NCBI RefSeq assembly: GCF_006345805.1
Contig: NC_043005.1
Span: 23,312,001 to 23,376,000, forward strand
DNA length: 64,000 nt
Source of the DNA: Octopus sinensis
Lineage: Eukaryota
Reading direction: 5' to 3'
In this document: positions 23,721-37,073 of the stretch, piece after piece
Layout of the letters: each line of letters starts with the position of its first letter
Position numbering within the stretch: the stretch's first letter is position 1
Translations under genes and position numbers: made by a program
The notes under the pieces: model-generated
The model's database searches: none
What the model saw: only the letters and a program-made list of their open reading frames with translations
Told to the model about the DNA's origin: nothing

Positions 23721-26700
23721 GACTATATGCGAAAATGAGGGCAACACACTTAACGCTTCTCTCTTACATGCTGTTATATATATATTTTCTATATTTCCTT
23801 TCATTAGCTCTACAGTATTTGTTTGTATTTTCCCTTCATTACTCATCTGCTCGGAAAACATATCTGCAATACTATTCTGTAAAAATTCTAAAGCGTGCCA
23901 TGATAAGCAAACCAGCTAAAGGTGCTACCACCTCAGGCGGATATATATATGGATATATATATTATTCGGCAGTGAGACAGGGCAGTTAGGTTATTCATAA
24001 TTTGTTTTCATATACATTTCTCTTATTTTCATTTTGATTTCCAAGTCCATTTCCCTAATTTTTTTCTAAACTCATTAACCTTTTATTGAAGTTGAAGATC
24101 AGGCAAAGGAAACAAAACCGATCCCCCTTCACACAAATACACACATTTTATATATATATATATAAATATACATACATACACACGCACAACAAACGTGTAT
24201 GTATATGCACCATGGATTATGGAAAAATCTTTTCCGAGCGCCGATCAACCTTGGTTAACACTTTGCTCTCGCCAAACAAACGATTAGTTAACTCGGGGAT
24301 TTGCCATTTTTCCTCTTTTATTCAAGTATTTCGCCCTCACTTATATATATCGTGTGTAGGAAAAGTGAAATAAAATTCCCTAACAAAAGACAGCAATTGG
24401 CATGTGAGAGATGGTTGACGACCAAGTGGATGCTTTGTGAACAATAAAAGCAGCACAAATGTGTGTGTGTGTCGGCAACATACAGACCCACACTTAAGCA
24501 CAGATTTGTTTTTTTTTGGTCGCAGGTTGTTTAAACTATAAGCATTTTATTTTGGAGTATATCTGGGGTCGGGATTTTAAAAATTTATTTTAGTCGGGAA
24601 TGAAAAGGGTGTTTGTTTTATTACGTTTACTTTCTTTTTTGGAAAACGGGAAATTATTTTGGCAAGGTTGGTCGGAGAAAGAAAAAAAAACCCAGCTTGT
24701 AATATTGTCATTGGGACCAAGTCAAGGACTGGATATAGAATAAGATGTTTCCTTGTTAACATTAATTTTTCTCTGTCTTCACTACGGTCCTTGTTTCTAT
24801 TTAAGAATTATATAGCTATATATATGTGCGTATATAAATATATACACGTATGTAATAGTTAAGTGACTGTGTGTGAAAGGTACCTAGTAAACGAACCACA
24901 AAGCCGCCTCACCAGAAGGTTCCACACCCCATCACCAGGCCGGGCATGCGCATTACATCTTCTTATCTCTCTATTCGGTCAAGCTTTTACTCTTTCTCCC
25001 TCTTTTCATCTCTCTATTACTTTTAGTTATCTTAATGTCCGTCTCTCTCATTCTTTTATCACTCTCTCTCTTTCTTTATAGTGTCTCTTTTTATCCGCTA
25101 TTCTCTATCTCCCTCTTTCATATTGCTCTGTCTTTCTACATACACGCTGCTATCTACAACTTTTATACACCAGACGATGTATAAATACTACAAATATATT
25201 TATGTTTGCATTGTTTCTCACTTATTAGCTGTTAATAAACAACATAAACCACCTGCCAGTAATTGAAGTCTTATATCAGCAATTTTAGTTATATATATAT
25301 ATAATTTATCCTTTGCTGTTTTTCTTTTCTCTTGTCTAATTGCCCTTAATAATACCCATTAAGATCTTTCTCTTTAAGAGGAAACAAAAACAACTTCCCA
25401 TTTCATGTACCTCCCTACCATATGTCAACTGACTGGAAACGAAGAAAAATAAATCCCGTATTCAGTATATATTACGTGAAATTAGTTGAGAATTTTTTTG
25501 TTTCAAAATAGTCTATATGCTAACCCCTTGAGGCCGTTGAAACGGTTTCCCTTACCCTATTTATTTACAGAATTACTCAGAAAACGTTTTATTCTTTTTG
25601 ACTAGAAATTGTCCGAAACAAAATCCAAAGAAAAAGCATCAGAAGAAGCAAATATGTATTCGATTAATTTTTCTGTTAAACCCTTTAACCGGAGGTTTCT
25701 GTCGGGTTAGTAGGAATATATAGAAGTTAGTGACTGTGCAAAAAATATATAATGGTTTGATAAAAATATGAAAGGTTGTTTTTTTTTGCAGACGTGAAAA
25801 ATGGAACTGCTAAGCTGGCATATGGGATATTTTTGTGCGCGAAACTTTTCTTTAGCAGGTGTTCCTCATATTTATCCCACTACAGCGCTTTGTTAAGCAT
25901 TCTGAGTTCCCCCTCACCCTCCACGAATTTATATGTGGATATTTTGCCTTTTATTTATTATGAGTGAATGAATCAAGTTATTACATTTCCTTGTAATTGC
26001 TGAGCATCTGATAAAAGAGGCCTTCTAGTGAACCGGCTAGATAGAGAGGAGGTGGTAGGTCTCTTGGACTGCTTTTCCTGCTACTACAGTATCATTGAAT
26101 TCGCTCACATCCGTTTTTATTCTGCTTCTCCTGCCTATTCGCCCTTCATCCTCACATCCGCCAGCTTTCTCTCCCTAATTAGGTAAAAAAAAAGTAAAAT
26201 AAATAAATAGAATAAAGCATTAAGAGTTGGTCGGCCCTTCATGTTCTAACTCCATTTCTTTATGTATGAAGTACTCCCACCACCACGTGTGTTCTATGAA
26301 ACTAGAAAGAATTCTGTCCCTGCTCTATCGTTTTTGTATCGATTTTACCAAGCTCTCTCTCTTTCTCGTCCCATACCTTTCTCTTGTTGGTTCGCAGCCT
26401 CACACATGAATTCACAAATGTCAGCAGGCAGCCGATGCGAGGATTTAGTTTATCTCTTTCCTCCTCCATCGCCAGCGAAGCGATAGACGTAGAGTGCTGC
26501 TGATGTTATTGAGGGCGCCCTCCACGGATAACACTTCATACAACCACTATCTTTTCTTGCTCTAGATTATACAGAAGGTGAATTCTAATTTCGGTTGCTG
26601 CTATTCTAATTTTATATATATATATATAGATAAAATATGGGGAATAAATAATAAAAGTTTTCGCTTGTTATTGCCCCCCTCCGTCTGTTTTTACTTCCAT

Positions 26701-26884
26701 TTACACAGTCACACGTTCACACACATACACATCTAATCTCTGTTCTTTCTTTTCTCTCTTTCTTTCCACTCTTCTCTCTCCTCTCATGGTATAAGGAGGT
26801 CGGATTATATACGCCAGCAACCTTCTGGCTGCTTTCGATATCCACACGCTGTTTTCTTCGTTGAAACCAGCCTGCTCCTCTGCA

Positions 26885-26966
26885 TGACTCATGTCTAGGA
26901 AAAAGAAGCCTGGTCACAACTAGAGGGAAGGCGAGCAGCAGACAGAGACTTGAGGACCCTGACTCA
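26885..26966 (+). promoter_or_regulatory. Pair of AP-1/bZIP consensus sites (TGACTCA)
   Basis: TGACTCA at 26885-26891 and 26960-26966, both in the context tgactcatgt, within TE-free sequence. Confidence 0.4.
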
Positions 26967-28149
26967 TGTATCTAGTTGCGGTAGACAGACGGACTAAGCG
27001 ACTAGGTCAGGGAAAGAGAGAGACAGAGAAACCTTTTCTCTCAATTCAGTGTGCTCCTCCTACTTCGCGTTTTTTTTTTTACCTTTTCGTTAGTTTCCTC
27101 TTTGCTTTGCATAACATTATTCACCTCTCCCTACTTAAAATAAAATTGAAAAGCTTCTCTGTAATGAGGGCCGTGTCTAAGGTAACATTGATAGTGGCAA
27201 TGAAAAAGAAGAAAAAAAAAACCTCCATGAATGCATGGTGGCCAAAGACCTTCCCCTCCTCAATCTCATTGCAAATTGCTGTGGGGGAAATGTAAGGCCT
27301 ATGACCATTATGTTATGATGAGACGAGAAACAACAGAGAAGAACCCTTTGTTAAAGCTAGAAGAGAGAGGAAGCAGCAGCAGAAAATGAGAGGATTACAG
27401 TGGATCTGTCACGGGACCCGTAATCTCTTGTAGCTAGGACACAGATGCTGCTGAAAAATATTTCACTCCTTCGCACAAACACAGGCCTCATTTTATGGCC
27501 TTTCTAAAATATTTATTTTTCTCTGCCGATATTGAACGAAGGTGGCTGGAAATAAACATATTTTTTAGTTGGGGCCTAGCAATGTAGCGAGGGAAGTTTT
27601 TTTCCCCAGTCTGTGTTATAGAAGCTTTTAATGGAGATGATGAGAGAAGGGAGATGTGGAGGTGGTGGTGGTTGGTTATGATGGGTTACTGAAAACCGAA
27701 GATGACAATTTATCTTATTAACGGACGGCAAATGTCCGGTATTTCTCTTTAAATAAATGATTATTTTAAGAAGTTGGCGTTTTAAAACTATTGTGAATAG
27801 CATCAGTGAACTGATATAATTTACAAAACCACATCAATTAAACTAATGAACGCCACATAGTCTTTATTTCTCTTCTCATGAATCTGTGGCCTTGTCCCGA
27901 TATAACCAATGTTTTTTCTTTTTACTTCTCTATTATGTGAGACAAGCATAATCTCATTTTTCTTTCCTTGGGGGCCTTATGCTTCTTTAAGCTAATATTT
28001 ACTTTCTCAGTCAACGATAAAAGAATTGTCAAACTTTTTATTTATATATTTTACTTGTTACGGTTTGTTTACAGTTTAATTTTGAATCGGTTATGAATTA
28101 TAACAGATACCGGTTTATTAACCAGCACCTATGCACTCAGCCTTGTTTG

Positions 28150-28755
28150 TAGAGAGCCTCTGCGAGGCCATTCAACCTGCTAGAAATAGCAATGTCTACC
28201 TCAAAGCACACCCTACCGTTTTAGAAAAAGAAAGGACGCATTCAATAATGTAGTCGAAAAATCCAGCAAGAATTACCATTTATCCTAGATCTGTTTGATC
28301 AGGGTTGACTCTTTACGAAACAACAACCTTACGTACACGAGCCAATGATGGAGATTTTATGCGGTCACTCGATGCTAGAAACAACAGCCAAAACTTTCTC
28401 AAAGCACACGCTTCATCCTTAGAAAGAAAGAAAAACATTGGATAATTTTTTCCTAAATATAATGTCTGAATAAAACGCAGGCTGGTTCTTGTTGGAACAC
28501 CTTTTGATCATAGGTCTGTTTGATCATGACTAACTTACGCTAAACAACTTTATATACTCAAGCCATCAAGGCAACCTCTATGCGGTTACTCGATCTGCTA
28601 GAAATAGTAGCCAAATCATCTTGAAATCACATTCTACTATTAACGCATTAGGAAATATAATCTTTCGAATACAAAAGGACGAGAGGGTCTTAGCTGGAAC
28701 ACCTTTGATAATAGGTATACTCTTTCTTGGCTGACTTGGGGCTAAACAACAACCT
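28150..28755 (+). repeat. Three diverged tandem copies (~200 bp) of a dispersed repeat
   Basis: (c)tgctagaaa(t/c)a..agc...aaagcacac recurs at about 28178, 28372 and 28595, each ending near gctaaacaac. Solo copies at about 4240, 49180 and 55060(-). Confidence 0.7.
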
Positions 28756-31700
28756 TATATCATCGCCAATGAAATAAAATGCAATTCAACTCAGAATAGC
28801 TTTTACTTGAATGTTTTCTTGTCTTGTGTTTTCTAAAGGTAAAAAAAAACAACAATAGTTATAATAGTAATTCCAACATATCTTAAGTTTTTACAAAACT
28901 TAGAACATAGATGGTAATTTTATTTTGCATTCAAAAGATTTTAAAATATATATTTTACACATACTTAAGAATTTGTATGGAAATAATTTATTGAAAATAC
29001 AAAAACTTTCAACACCCTGAGGTACTTTATAAGTTGATCCTTTTAGGTTTTTATTATTAAAATCTAAGGTCAGTACCAATTGCTCTCTCTCTCTGATTCC
29101 TGATCTGTTTCAATAACATTTCTAGAACAGTTTCCCATTAAGATCAGGTTTAGTAAATATACTCAAGTTGTAGTTTTAATGTTATTGTTAACTTGTACAA
29201 ACTCTATATGTGTAACAGTGACTGACATTAAGATGAGAACCCCCACTTTTATTGTACATACAATGTGTAATGGTTTAGCCCTGTTTTAAAGTGGTGTTCA
29301 CTATAGCTGTATGTATCTTCCATTAGTGTGGATGGCAGCCACTGTATGACACTGCATGATAAAGTGGAAATAAAAGCTAACAAACAATTGCCTGCCAAAA
29401 GAATTGTCTCCATGTGACTGCATCCCTCTTTCTGTTTAAGACTGTTTCTATCCCTAATTTTTCACAGCACTATCGCTCTCTCTTTTACTCATTTGAATTT
29501 CATTCTTTCTTCAAACCTTGCTCTGCTTTGGCCATTGTGTCATTCTCATGTCATTTTCATAAACAAATCTTACATTTTTTTCACCCTTTTTGTTGAGTGC
29601 TGCTTGTGTGCTTTACACAAGATGATACCTTTTGTGTGTTGGAGCAGGATTTCTTTGAATGTCAGCTTCTCACTATTTTATGTTGTTATTATTGCTTTTT
29701 TATTCCTTTTTTTTTAATTCTGAGAAGAAAGAAAGAATGTACACACAAGAATCAAATACTTTTTGCTTTTTATTGTTATCTTCGAGGATGTTTCTTTTTC
29801 CAATTTTTAATTTTTGCAAGTAGATTTACCGGCTCACCCAGTCTTTTGAGATATAATACTATTACAATAATTCTGTCTCTTTAGGTTCAGAGTGTGAATC
29901 CAGGCATGGTTAACTTCGCTTGTCAACTTTCCAGAGTTGATAATTAAATACTTGTAACAAAATAGAATCAAATTCATTCACTAAAATCCCCACCCACCCC
30001 CACTTAGAAATTGGCCTTGTACCTGACTAAGAAATCAATACCATGTATCGTGTATGAAAATAAAATATTTATTTCCTACACAGGAACAAGTCCACCAATC
30101 TGTAAGGGAGGGACTAAATGAGTTTGTGTGACATCTTCCTCAAAGGAATTAGTAATGATGTTAATAAAAGAGAACGTAGCTCCAACGAAGAATGGAAATG
30201 GGGTCACAAATTCAGCACAGTGGGATCTTCACTGTGTACGGAAATAAATTATTGATTTTTTTTGCAGGCACAAAACTAAGCCACAAATTTTTAGAGCAGG
30301 GGATGAGATAACATGACATTCATGCATTTCCCGAGGGCATAAGTAATTTATATGCAGTACAATAAATGGTTCCAACTGGGCTACTCCCTCAACTTGGCAT
30401 TATGTTTATTTTTCACTCTAACAGAAGGACCGTAGTTGATTAAGTTGACCTCAATTAAAAAAATGCAAATGCCCTTTAGCTACTAGGCTTAGTTTTAGTT
30501 CCATGGTGTTAAGTGGATGGGAGATAAATCTCCTCCTGGTTATTATGTTGCTGTATCTTAGGTAATACTGTCAGATCTAGTGGTATGTTGTGCTCCTGAC
30601 CTGAGTAGATATGATAAGTAGTTAACCCCTAAAACACAATAAAAAGTTGGTTGTCCAAACCGATATTCTCTTGGCTGTCATATCTTTACAGTTTACCTCA
30701 CAGTATGCACCTGTCAATGTAATGCTTATTTATTCACATTAAAAAAAAAAAATTAATCCTGCATTATCTTGTAGCTTTGAGATATCAAAGATATGATTTG
30801 TTTATTTTTAGAATGACATTGCTGAGTAGATGTGAAAGGCTTGGATCTGGGCAGGTTAATCACAAAACAGGTGGTATATTTGGGCTGGATATGACCAGTT
30901 TAAATGCTTATGGGTTAACTCAGTAGAGATGAAGGACAAAGGCAGTTCTGGTAGACTGAGCTCAGAATGCAGTGGGATAAATCAAAATACTGATGAACAT
31001 TTGATTTTACTGCTTCTGGTACTTTGATATTGTCTTCTATAATGAAAACATGTTAAAGCAAAAATAACTACAGGATAGACATAATGTATTTAATCTCATA
31101 TTGTCTTCTGGGCCTAATGAAACAAAGCAATATATTATAATCAATTCATTCAATAATATCCTTTTAAGAAAGGAGGGTTTTGCTTACATAAAAGAGGTTA
31201 AAACTTGCGAATTAAGTTTTAGTGAACAGCTTTTTTTTTTTACTGTTATTATCATTTTAATGTAATAAGTGTACTGAATACTGAGAAGAAATATGTTTTA
31301 GGAAACTTTAGAAGGATAGATTGGTAATTAGCAAAAAGTTCCACTCCTTGCCTCACAGTTGAGTTAGGTGAGAAAAGGGGCATCCAACTGTAAACAAAAT
31401 TGGTCTAATGAAATAAGCCATGTAAGCATGGAAAAATAAATGTAAAACAGTGAAGCAACAAAAATCCTCAATAGAAAGAAATCAATTTTTGTTCATAATT
31501 TAAAAAAAGAGAACAATTTGAAAAATAAATAGCTTAAATAATAGCAGATCAGCATTTCAATACAAAATCTTAATGTAATGTAAAATTAGATGTGGTTGTG
31601 TCAAATGATTGTATTTAAAATTGAGTCTTTTGCAGGGAGAATTGTATTAAAAATGGATTTTTAAAGCATTTTTCTCTCTCTAATGGTGAAATATTTTCCT

Positions 31701-32499
31701 GTTGGTCAAGCATGTATACATAATTGTTAGAATGTACTGTATAGTGGCATCACTGGGCTTTGTTGAGATTGCAACAATAAACTGTTTGCTATTGCAAGCA
31801 GAGGAATTTAAGTTTTTACCAACCATGTACTGCCATCCAAAGGCACACAAACACACACACTCTCTCTCTCTCTCCTTCTCTCTGTATGTATGTACATGCA
31901 TACGTATGTATTGGTGTTGCCCAGATATAGATTCTGTTTCTAACATAACTTTCAAATTTATTTCTCATCAATACATCTAGGTAGAGTTTAAATGTAAAAA
32001 CAGAATTTTTATTTGGGTTCTGGATCATTTAGTTGTGTACGAATTTACTTTTCATATTTGTTGTTTTGCTTTGATTCATCCATGGAGGAAAGGTCAGTGG
32101 TTAATATTCTGTCACTGGTTTTTATTCTGACCATGGTGAAGATAGTAATTGACAGTTGGGTCCATTTAGCTGTAAATAGACATAACATAGAGTAATTTAA
32201 TTAATTGGAGAACTGTCACTGTGTTAAATTATATGCACAGTGTTATAAAAGTTGTCAGGCCTGTCCGGATTTTATTTTATATTTTCCATAAGCAGTAACA
32301 ATGGCATTGCTTTGGTTGCTAGGACGAAGTAAATAAATCTGACAAGCCAAAACTGGTTGATCCCATTGCCTTTCCTGGTAAGTGAGAACTTTGTGGTTTA
32401 AACCAGACACTGTTTTCACAGCAAGGTTAAATATTTTGTTTGTTAACTATATGATAGGTGCACTGCAACGCTAAACATATGTTTATTGAATATATAAAA

Positions 32500-32885
32500 G
32501 GTGCAGGTGTGGCTATATGGTAAGAGATTTGCTTCTGAACCACATGGTTCCAGGTTCAGTTCTCCTATGTGATATCTTAGGCAAGTGTCTCTACTATAGC
32601 CTAGTGCTGACCAAAGCCTTGTGAGTGGATTTGGTTGACAGAAACTGAAAGAAGCCCTTTATGTGTGTGTGTGTGTGTGTGTGTGTGTTTGTCCCCCACC
32701 ATTACTTGACAACCGGTGTTGGTGTGTTTACTTCCCCATAACTTAGTGGTTTGGCAAAACAGACTGATAGAGTAAATAGCAGACTTAAAACGAAAATAAG
32801 TACTGGGGATGATTCATTGAACTAAAATTCTTCAAGGTGTTGTCCCAGCATGGTCGCAGTCTAATGACTGAAACAAGTAACAGAA
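32500..32885 (+). mobile_element. Full-length CORE-type SINE
   Basis: tRNA-like head, CORE-like segment, (GT)n tract and tail cccagcatggtcgcagtctaatgactgaaacaagtaa. Confidence 0.85.
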
Positions 32886-33199
32886 AGATAAAAGAAGGAA
32901 AGAATTGCAACGCCTTTAAAACTCTGTGATGAGAGTACTGTTAGGTGCTGTGTTCATCATTGTCATTTAACATCCGTTTTCCATGCTGGCATGGGTTGGA
33001 CTACATGACTGAAAATTGGTAAGCTAGGAGGCTGCACCAGGTTCCAATCTAATTTGGCATGGTTTCTAAGGTTGAATGTCCTTCCTAACGCCAACCACTC
33101 TGCTAGCACAGGTGCCAGTTGATCTTAACAAATATTGTTAGTGAAAAACCATAGGAAAAAGTATGTGTGGTTGTATTTGCATAATATATTTCAGCAAAT

Positions 33200-33460
33200 A
33201 TAATTCACTTCCAGTTCTACATTTAAGAGATAAGGAATTATGTACATTATTTGTTTGTTGTTAACACATGTCGGCTGATATACCCTCCAGCCTTCATCAG
33301 GTGTATTGGGGAAATTTCAAACCTGGGTTTTCATTCCTAAGGTATTTTTTGATATTATTATCATTATTATTCTTCAGGTCACTGCCTGGAATTGAACTCG
33401 GAATCTTGGGGTTAGTAGCCCGCACTTTTAACCACAATGCCATATGCCTGAATAAGAATA
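33200..33460 (-). mobile_element. Penelope-like 3'UTR/pseudo-LTR fragment with tRNA-like head and HHR remnant
   Basis: Shares sequence with the 3' flank of the GIY-YIG ORF at 46185-46335. tRNA-like segment at 33375-33448; acac-CTGATGA-A-GGCTG...CAGCC at 33263-33305. Confidence 0.75.
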
Positions 33461-33477
33461 AGAATAATATTAATAAT

Positions 33478-34058
33478 AACTGCCCTGATGCAGTACCAGG
33501 CAGTGGCTCTCATTGCTTCTGAACTTAACTGATTGGAAGTGTTATCATGTACATTGTTTTGTCTTGGTATAAAAGATGGGCTACAGCAGTTATTCTGCTC
33601 ATACAGCAGTTATTCTGCTCAATACCACAGATTTGCTTGTCAGTTGTTTGACCATAACCAGTTGACCATGTCCCTTAGTAGCTGATGATATGTGCATCTC
33701 TGATCACGAGCAGAAGTAGTGGGGGAGCATCATAGCCATGTGTTGAGAGGGATATTTGGAGTTTGAATAATTCAACTCTGGAAACATGGGTATTTCGTTC
33801 AACATCCTTAAACAACCTTTATCCAGGGACCTTTTGAGTGGGATCGGTTACTTGACCAGAAGAAAATTCTAACTGGGCCCCACCTACGAGGTCATGTGCT
33901 GTTTATCTCGATATGAGATCACCATGTCGCGCATGTTGTGATGCATGTGTCTAGTGTACTCTTATCAGATGGGTAGTCATGATGGGTACACTAGGCTTCG
34001 TATATTTTACCCCAGTGTCACTTTGATGGCATGCACTGCTATCTCACTCAATAATAAC
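33478..34058. mobile_element. ~580-bp unclassified insertion between the two pseudo-LTR fragments
   Basis: GC-richer block bounded by aataataa at both ends and separating two inverted copies of the Penelope 3' segment. Confidence 0.45.
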
Positions 34059-34093
34059 ATTGAAATGAGAACCCAGGTTTTAAATTTCCCTTA

Positions 34094-34139
34094 GACACCT
34101 GATGAAGGCTGGAGGGTATATCAGCCGAAATACTGTGTT
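34094..34139 (+). ncRNA. Minimal type-I hammerhead motif (Penelope-type, stem III decayed) in an inverted pseudo-LTR copy spanning 34058-34200
   Basis: gacac CTGATGA a GGCTG gagggtatat CAGCC GAAA tact gtgtt: stem I gacac/gtgtt, intact core, 5-bp stem II. Confidence 0.65.
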
Positions 34140-34801
34140 AACAACAAACAAGATGAGGACAAATATCCATCAAATGTAAATAATGTATAATTCACTTCCG
34201 TTTCCATAAAACAATGTCAGCATGATGGAATTGATGAGTGTTTTGTGTTACTTTCAGTATTTTCCTCCAATTGGAAAAGCTGTGTCTGTAAATGAACATC
34301 TTAGGTGTTTGTTTCTCATCTAATTAATGTTGAGTCAACTAGAGCTGTTAATTAGGCTTGTAGGTTCTTGATTTTTGGGGAATTATATATTTTACTTATG
34401 TAATAAAACGACTGTTTTGATACCATCACACTCTTACAAGAACTCACCTACCTGTCACTTGGTTATGACCTATCACTACTTTTGCTCTTCTGAACCCCAC
34501 TCCTCACCTAAATGGGCTCCATGCACCTGTCTTTCTATCTCCTGTCAATGTTATTTGTTCCCTATCTTTATGCTTAACTGTCTCTTTTCCCAGACCTTCC
34601 CCTCCCTCTGTTTCAGTACCCCACTCCCTTACTAATCTGCTAGAACAACTTTTTCTTTTTTTCTTTCCTACCACTAACTTACATGAACACCAACTGAACA
34701 ATAACTACACACTAACGTTTATTCCCCCTACTCTCTCCACCACCCCCTGTCTGCCTGACTCTCTTTCTCTTACACACTCTCAGCTTGGATGGGCTTAGAG
34801 C

Positions 34802-35080
34802 AGGGTTCCTCAGCCATTTTTTAACCATGGACCCCTTTGATTACTATTATATTCTGGTGGACCCCATGTGGCCATTAGATGTTTAAAAAAACTAGTTTTA
34901 TCAAAATCCCTATTTTGTCTTCCACACATTAACTTGTGTAGGTTGAATTATGTAAAATGTTAGAGAAAGAAACCTAGCTGTTTCTTGCAATACTTAAGAT
35001 ACTATTGTGGATCCCCAATGTACTATTTTGTTGTGCAGACCCCCAGAAATCTAATATGGACCCTAGTTGGGAATCACTAA
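34802..35080. mobile_element. Possible hAT-type MITE
   Basis: Ends cagggttcctcagcc... and ...gttgggaatcacta resemble CAGTGATTCCCAAC-type TIRs, with repeated ggaccc subterminal motifs. TSD not clear. Confidence 0.45.
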
Positions 35081-35409
35081 ACTTGAGGGTCCATGGGCAC
35101 TGGTTCTCTTGTTTTGATTAACCAGTACACAATATGTATCCATGCTTAAGTATTTTTTTAAATGTTTTTTTTTATTTTAAGCTGAAGGTGGTCAGAACAA
35201 ATCAACATGATTGTCTTTCATAGACTAAAACAAGGTCTTCAGTTCAATAAAACAGCATTTTTAATGTCCATATATAAAGTTAGTGGTGCTAACTGCCTGA
35301 AGTCTACCATAATCAAGTAATGAATTAAATCCAGATTTGAGACCTTGATTTCTTTACATGATAAGACAAATCAGTTTGGTAGTTGGTCTACTATTGTCAT
35401 TAGATATTA

Positions 35410-35790
35410 TTCTTTAACTTGTTTCAGTCATTTGACTGCTGCCATACTAGAGCACTGCCTTTAGTTGAACAAATCAACCCCAGGACTTACTCTTTGTAAG
35501 CCTAGTACTTATTCTATCAGTCTCTTTTTGCTGAACTACTTAAACACACCAACAGCAGTTGTCAAGTGATGGTGGTGGGACAAACATGGACACACAAATA
35601 CATACATATATAAGACTTTGATCAGCCCTAGGTTGTGGCAGCAGACACATGCCCAAAGTGCCATGTAGTGGGACTGAACCTGGAACCATGTGGTTGGGAA
35701 GCAAGCTACTTACCATACATCCACGTCTGTATCTTTATATACTCTTTTACTCGTTTCAGTCCTTTGACTGCGGCCATGCTGGAGCACCAC
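35410..35790 (-). mobile_element. CORE-type SINE plus a second tail fragment
   Basis: Same family motifs as 8578-8996. Confidence 0.8.
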
Positions 35791-36980
35791 CTTTAAATAT
35801 ATGTTGATATATTTATCATATTTATCATACAGGATCGATGAAACTAAATCTATGTGACTTTGTAACTTTATAGTGTCAACAAGGTTAAGTATGGTTGCTT
35901 TGAATAAATATAAGTTAATATGGGGACCAGATTTTGGCCTGTTTAAATTTTAAAAGGTTAAATGTTTGGAAAGCTCTCCTATTTAGAAAGCAAATTATGA
36001 AGAAAACTAGTGTGTGACATGATAAATTAACTTTATCTGATTATATTGATGGTAAAGTGTTTTCAAAGATCCTAGTTTCTCAGGTACTTGATTATAGAAT
36101 ACAGGTGGAGGCACTGGTTTTGGGGACATTTCTACAAAGTTTTGATGCCATATTTAGCAAGTAAAACTTTAGTAATATTTAACTTGCATGCACATCATCA
36201 TAGACATTGTTTTCAAATTTTATTTTTCCATTTTCGTATGAGTTTGATGTGTCTGCAAAGCAGTGTGTTGCTACTACTCTTCATCTTGTTCTGTTTCCTG
36301 TGTGAGGTTCAACACCATTTCCTTTCTCATGCCTTCTCAATTTTATCTTCAATACAGTTGCCTTCTGTTGTCATCATCATATTTTCTCTCTGTAAACTTT
36401 GTTTTAGTTTGACAATATTGTGACAGCAACATGGGGTTACTATTCATAACAGAATCTTTCATACGATGTGCACATATACAATGCATACCTGTGACTAAGA
36501 GTACATGTCACTTGCTTTTCTGGGCCTTACTCAAAGCAATCCAATTGTTGGTCTCCTGTTTCTCTTACAAGTGTCATTTTAACTCAATAAAGCACATTAT
36601 TTTATATATTATTCACATATTTGGTGTGTGTCTATCTAACTATATCCATCCATCCATCTATATATCATCATCATCGTTTAACGTCCACTTTCCATGCTAG
36701 CATGGGTTGAACGATTTGACTGAGGACTGGCGAACCAGATGGCTGCACCAGGCTCCAATCTTGATCTGGCAGAGTTTCTACAGCCCTTCCTAATGCTATA
36801 TATATATAATAAACCTTTACATAAATAAATAACGTGAAATACACGAAGGGACGAACATAAGAGACAGACGGGTCATTCTAAGCCTTCGTTCTTCAGTCAG
36901 AAACCGATTCCTCATCGCAGATTTCATATATATATATACGAGAAAAAGAAAATGGGAATTCATGAGATTCTTTATTCAGA

Positions 36981-37073
36981 ACCACTATGATCGTTTCAAC
37001 CCATCATGTACAGGTACCTTGCAGGTGAGCAGCTGTCATGCATTGTAGGTGCTGATGCATTTCCTCAGGTGAT
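36981..37073 (-). ncRNA. Type-I hammerhead motif with extended stem II
   Basis: Minus strand AUCAC CUGAGGA AAUGCAUCA [46 nt] UGAUGGGUU GAAA CGAUCA UA GUGGU: stem I 5 bp, stem II 8 of 9 paired, stem III one change from the palindrome ACGAUCGU. Confidence 0.6.

Noticed and set aside
23632-23919. 95-aa ORF MTIVESPPPPP as a real protein
   Set aside because: Driven by (CCG)n and low-complexity sequence, with overlapping ORFs of similar size in other frames and no recognisable domain.
27386-27431. Pre-miRNA-like hairpin (gaggattac...gtaatctc, containing acccgta)
   Set aside because: The stem is only ~13 bp plus a weak extension and the hairpin is ~46 nt, too short for a canonical precursor. It does not match a miR-10/100 mature sequence that I recognise.
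33375-33448. Functional tRNA gene
   Set aside because: A and B boxes are present, but the acceptor and anticodon stems do not pair properly and it lies within a repeat. The tRNA-like heads at 14654, 20000 and 32500 are likewise SINE heads.
36088-36700. ORFs 36088-36423 and 36431-36700 as host exons
   Set aside because: No recognisable motifs or paired splice signals; more likely decayed repeat sequence.
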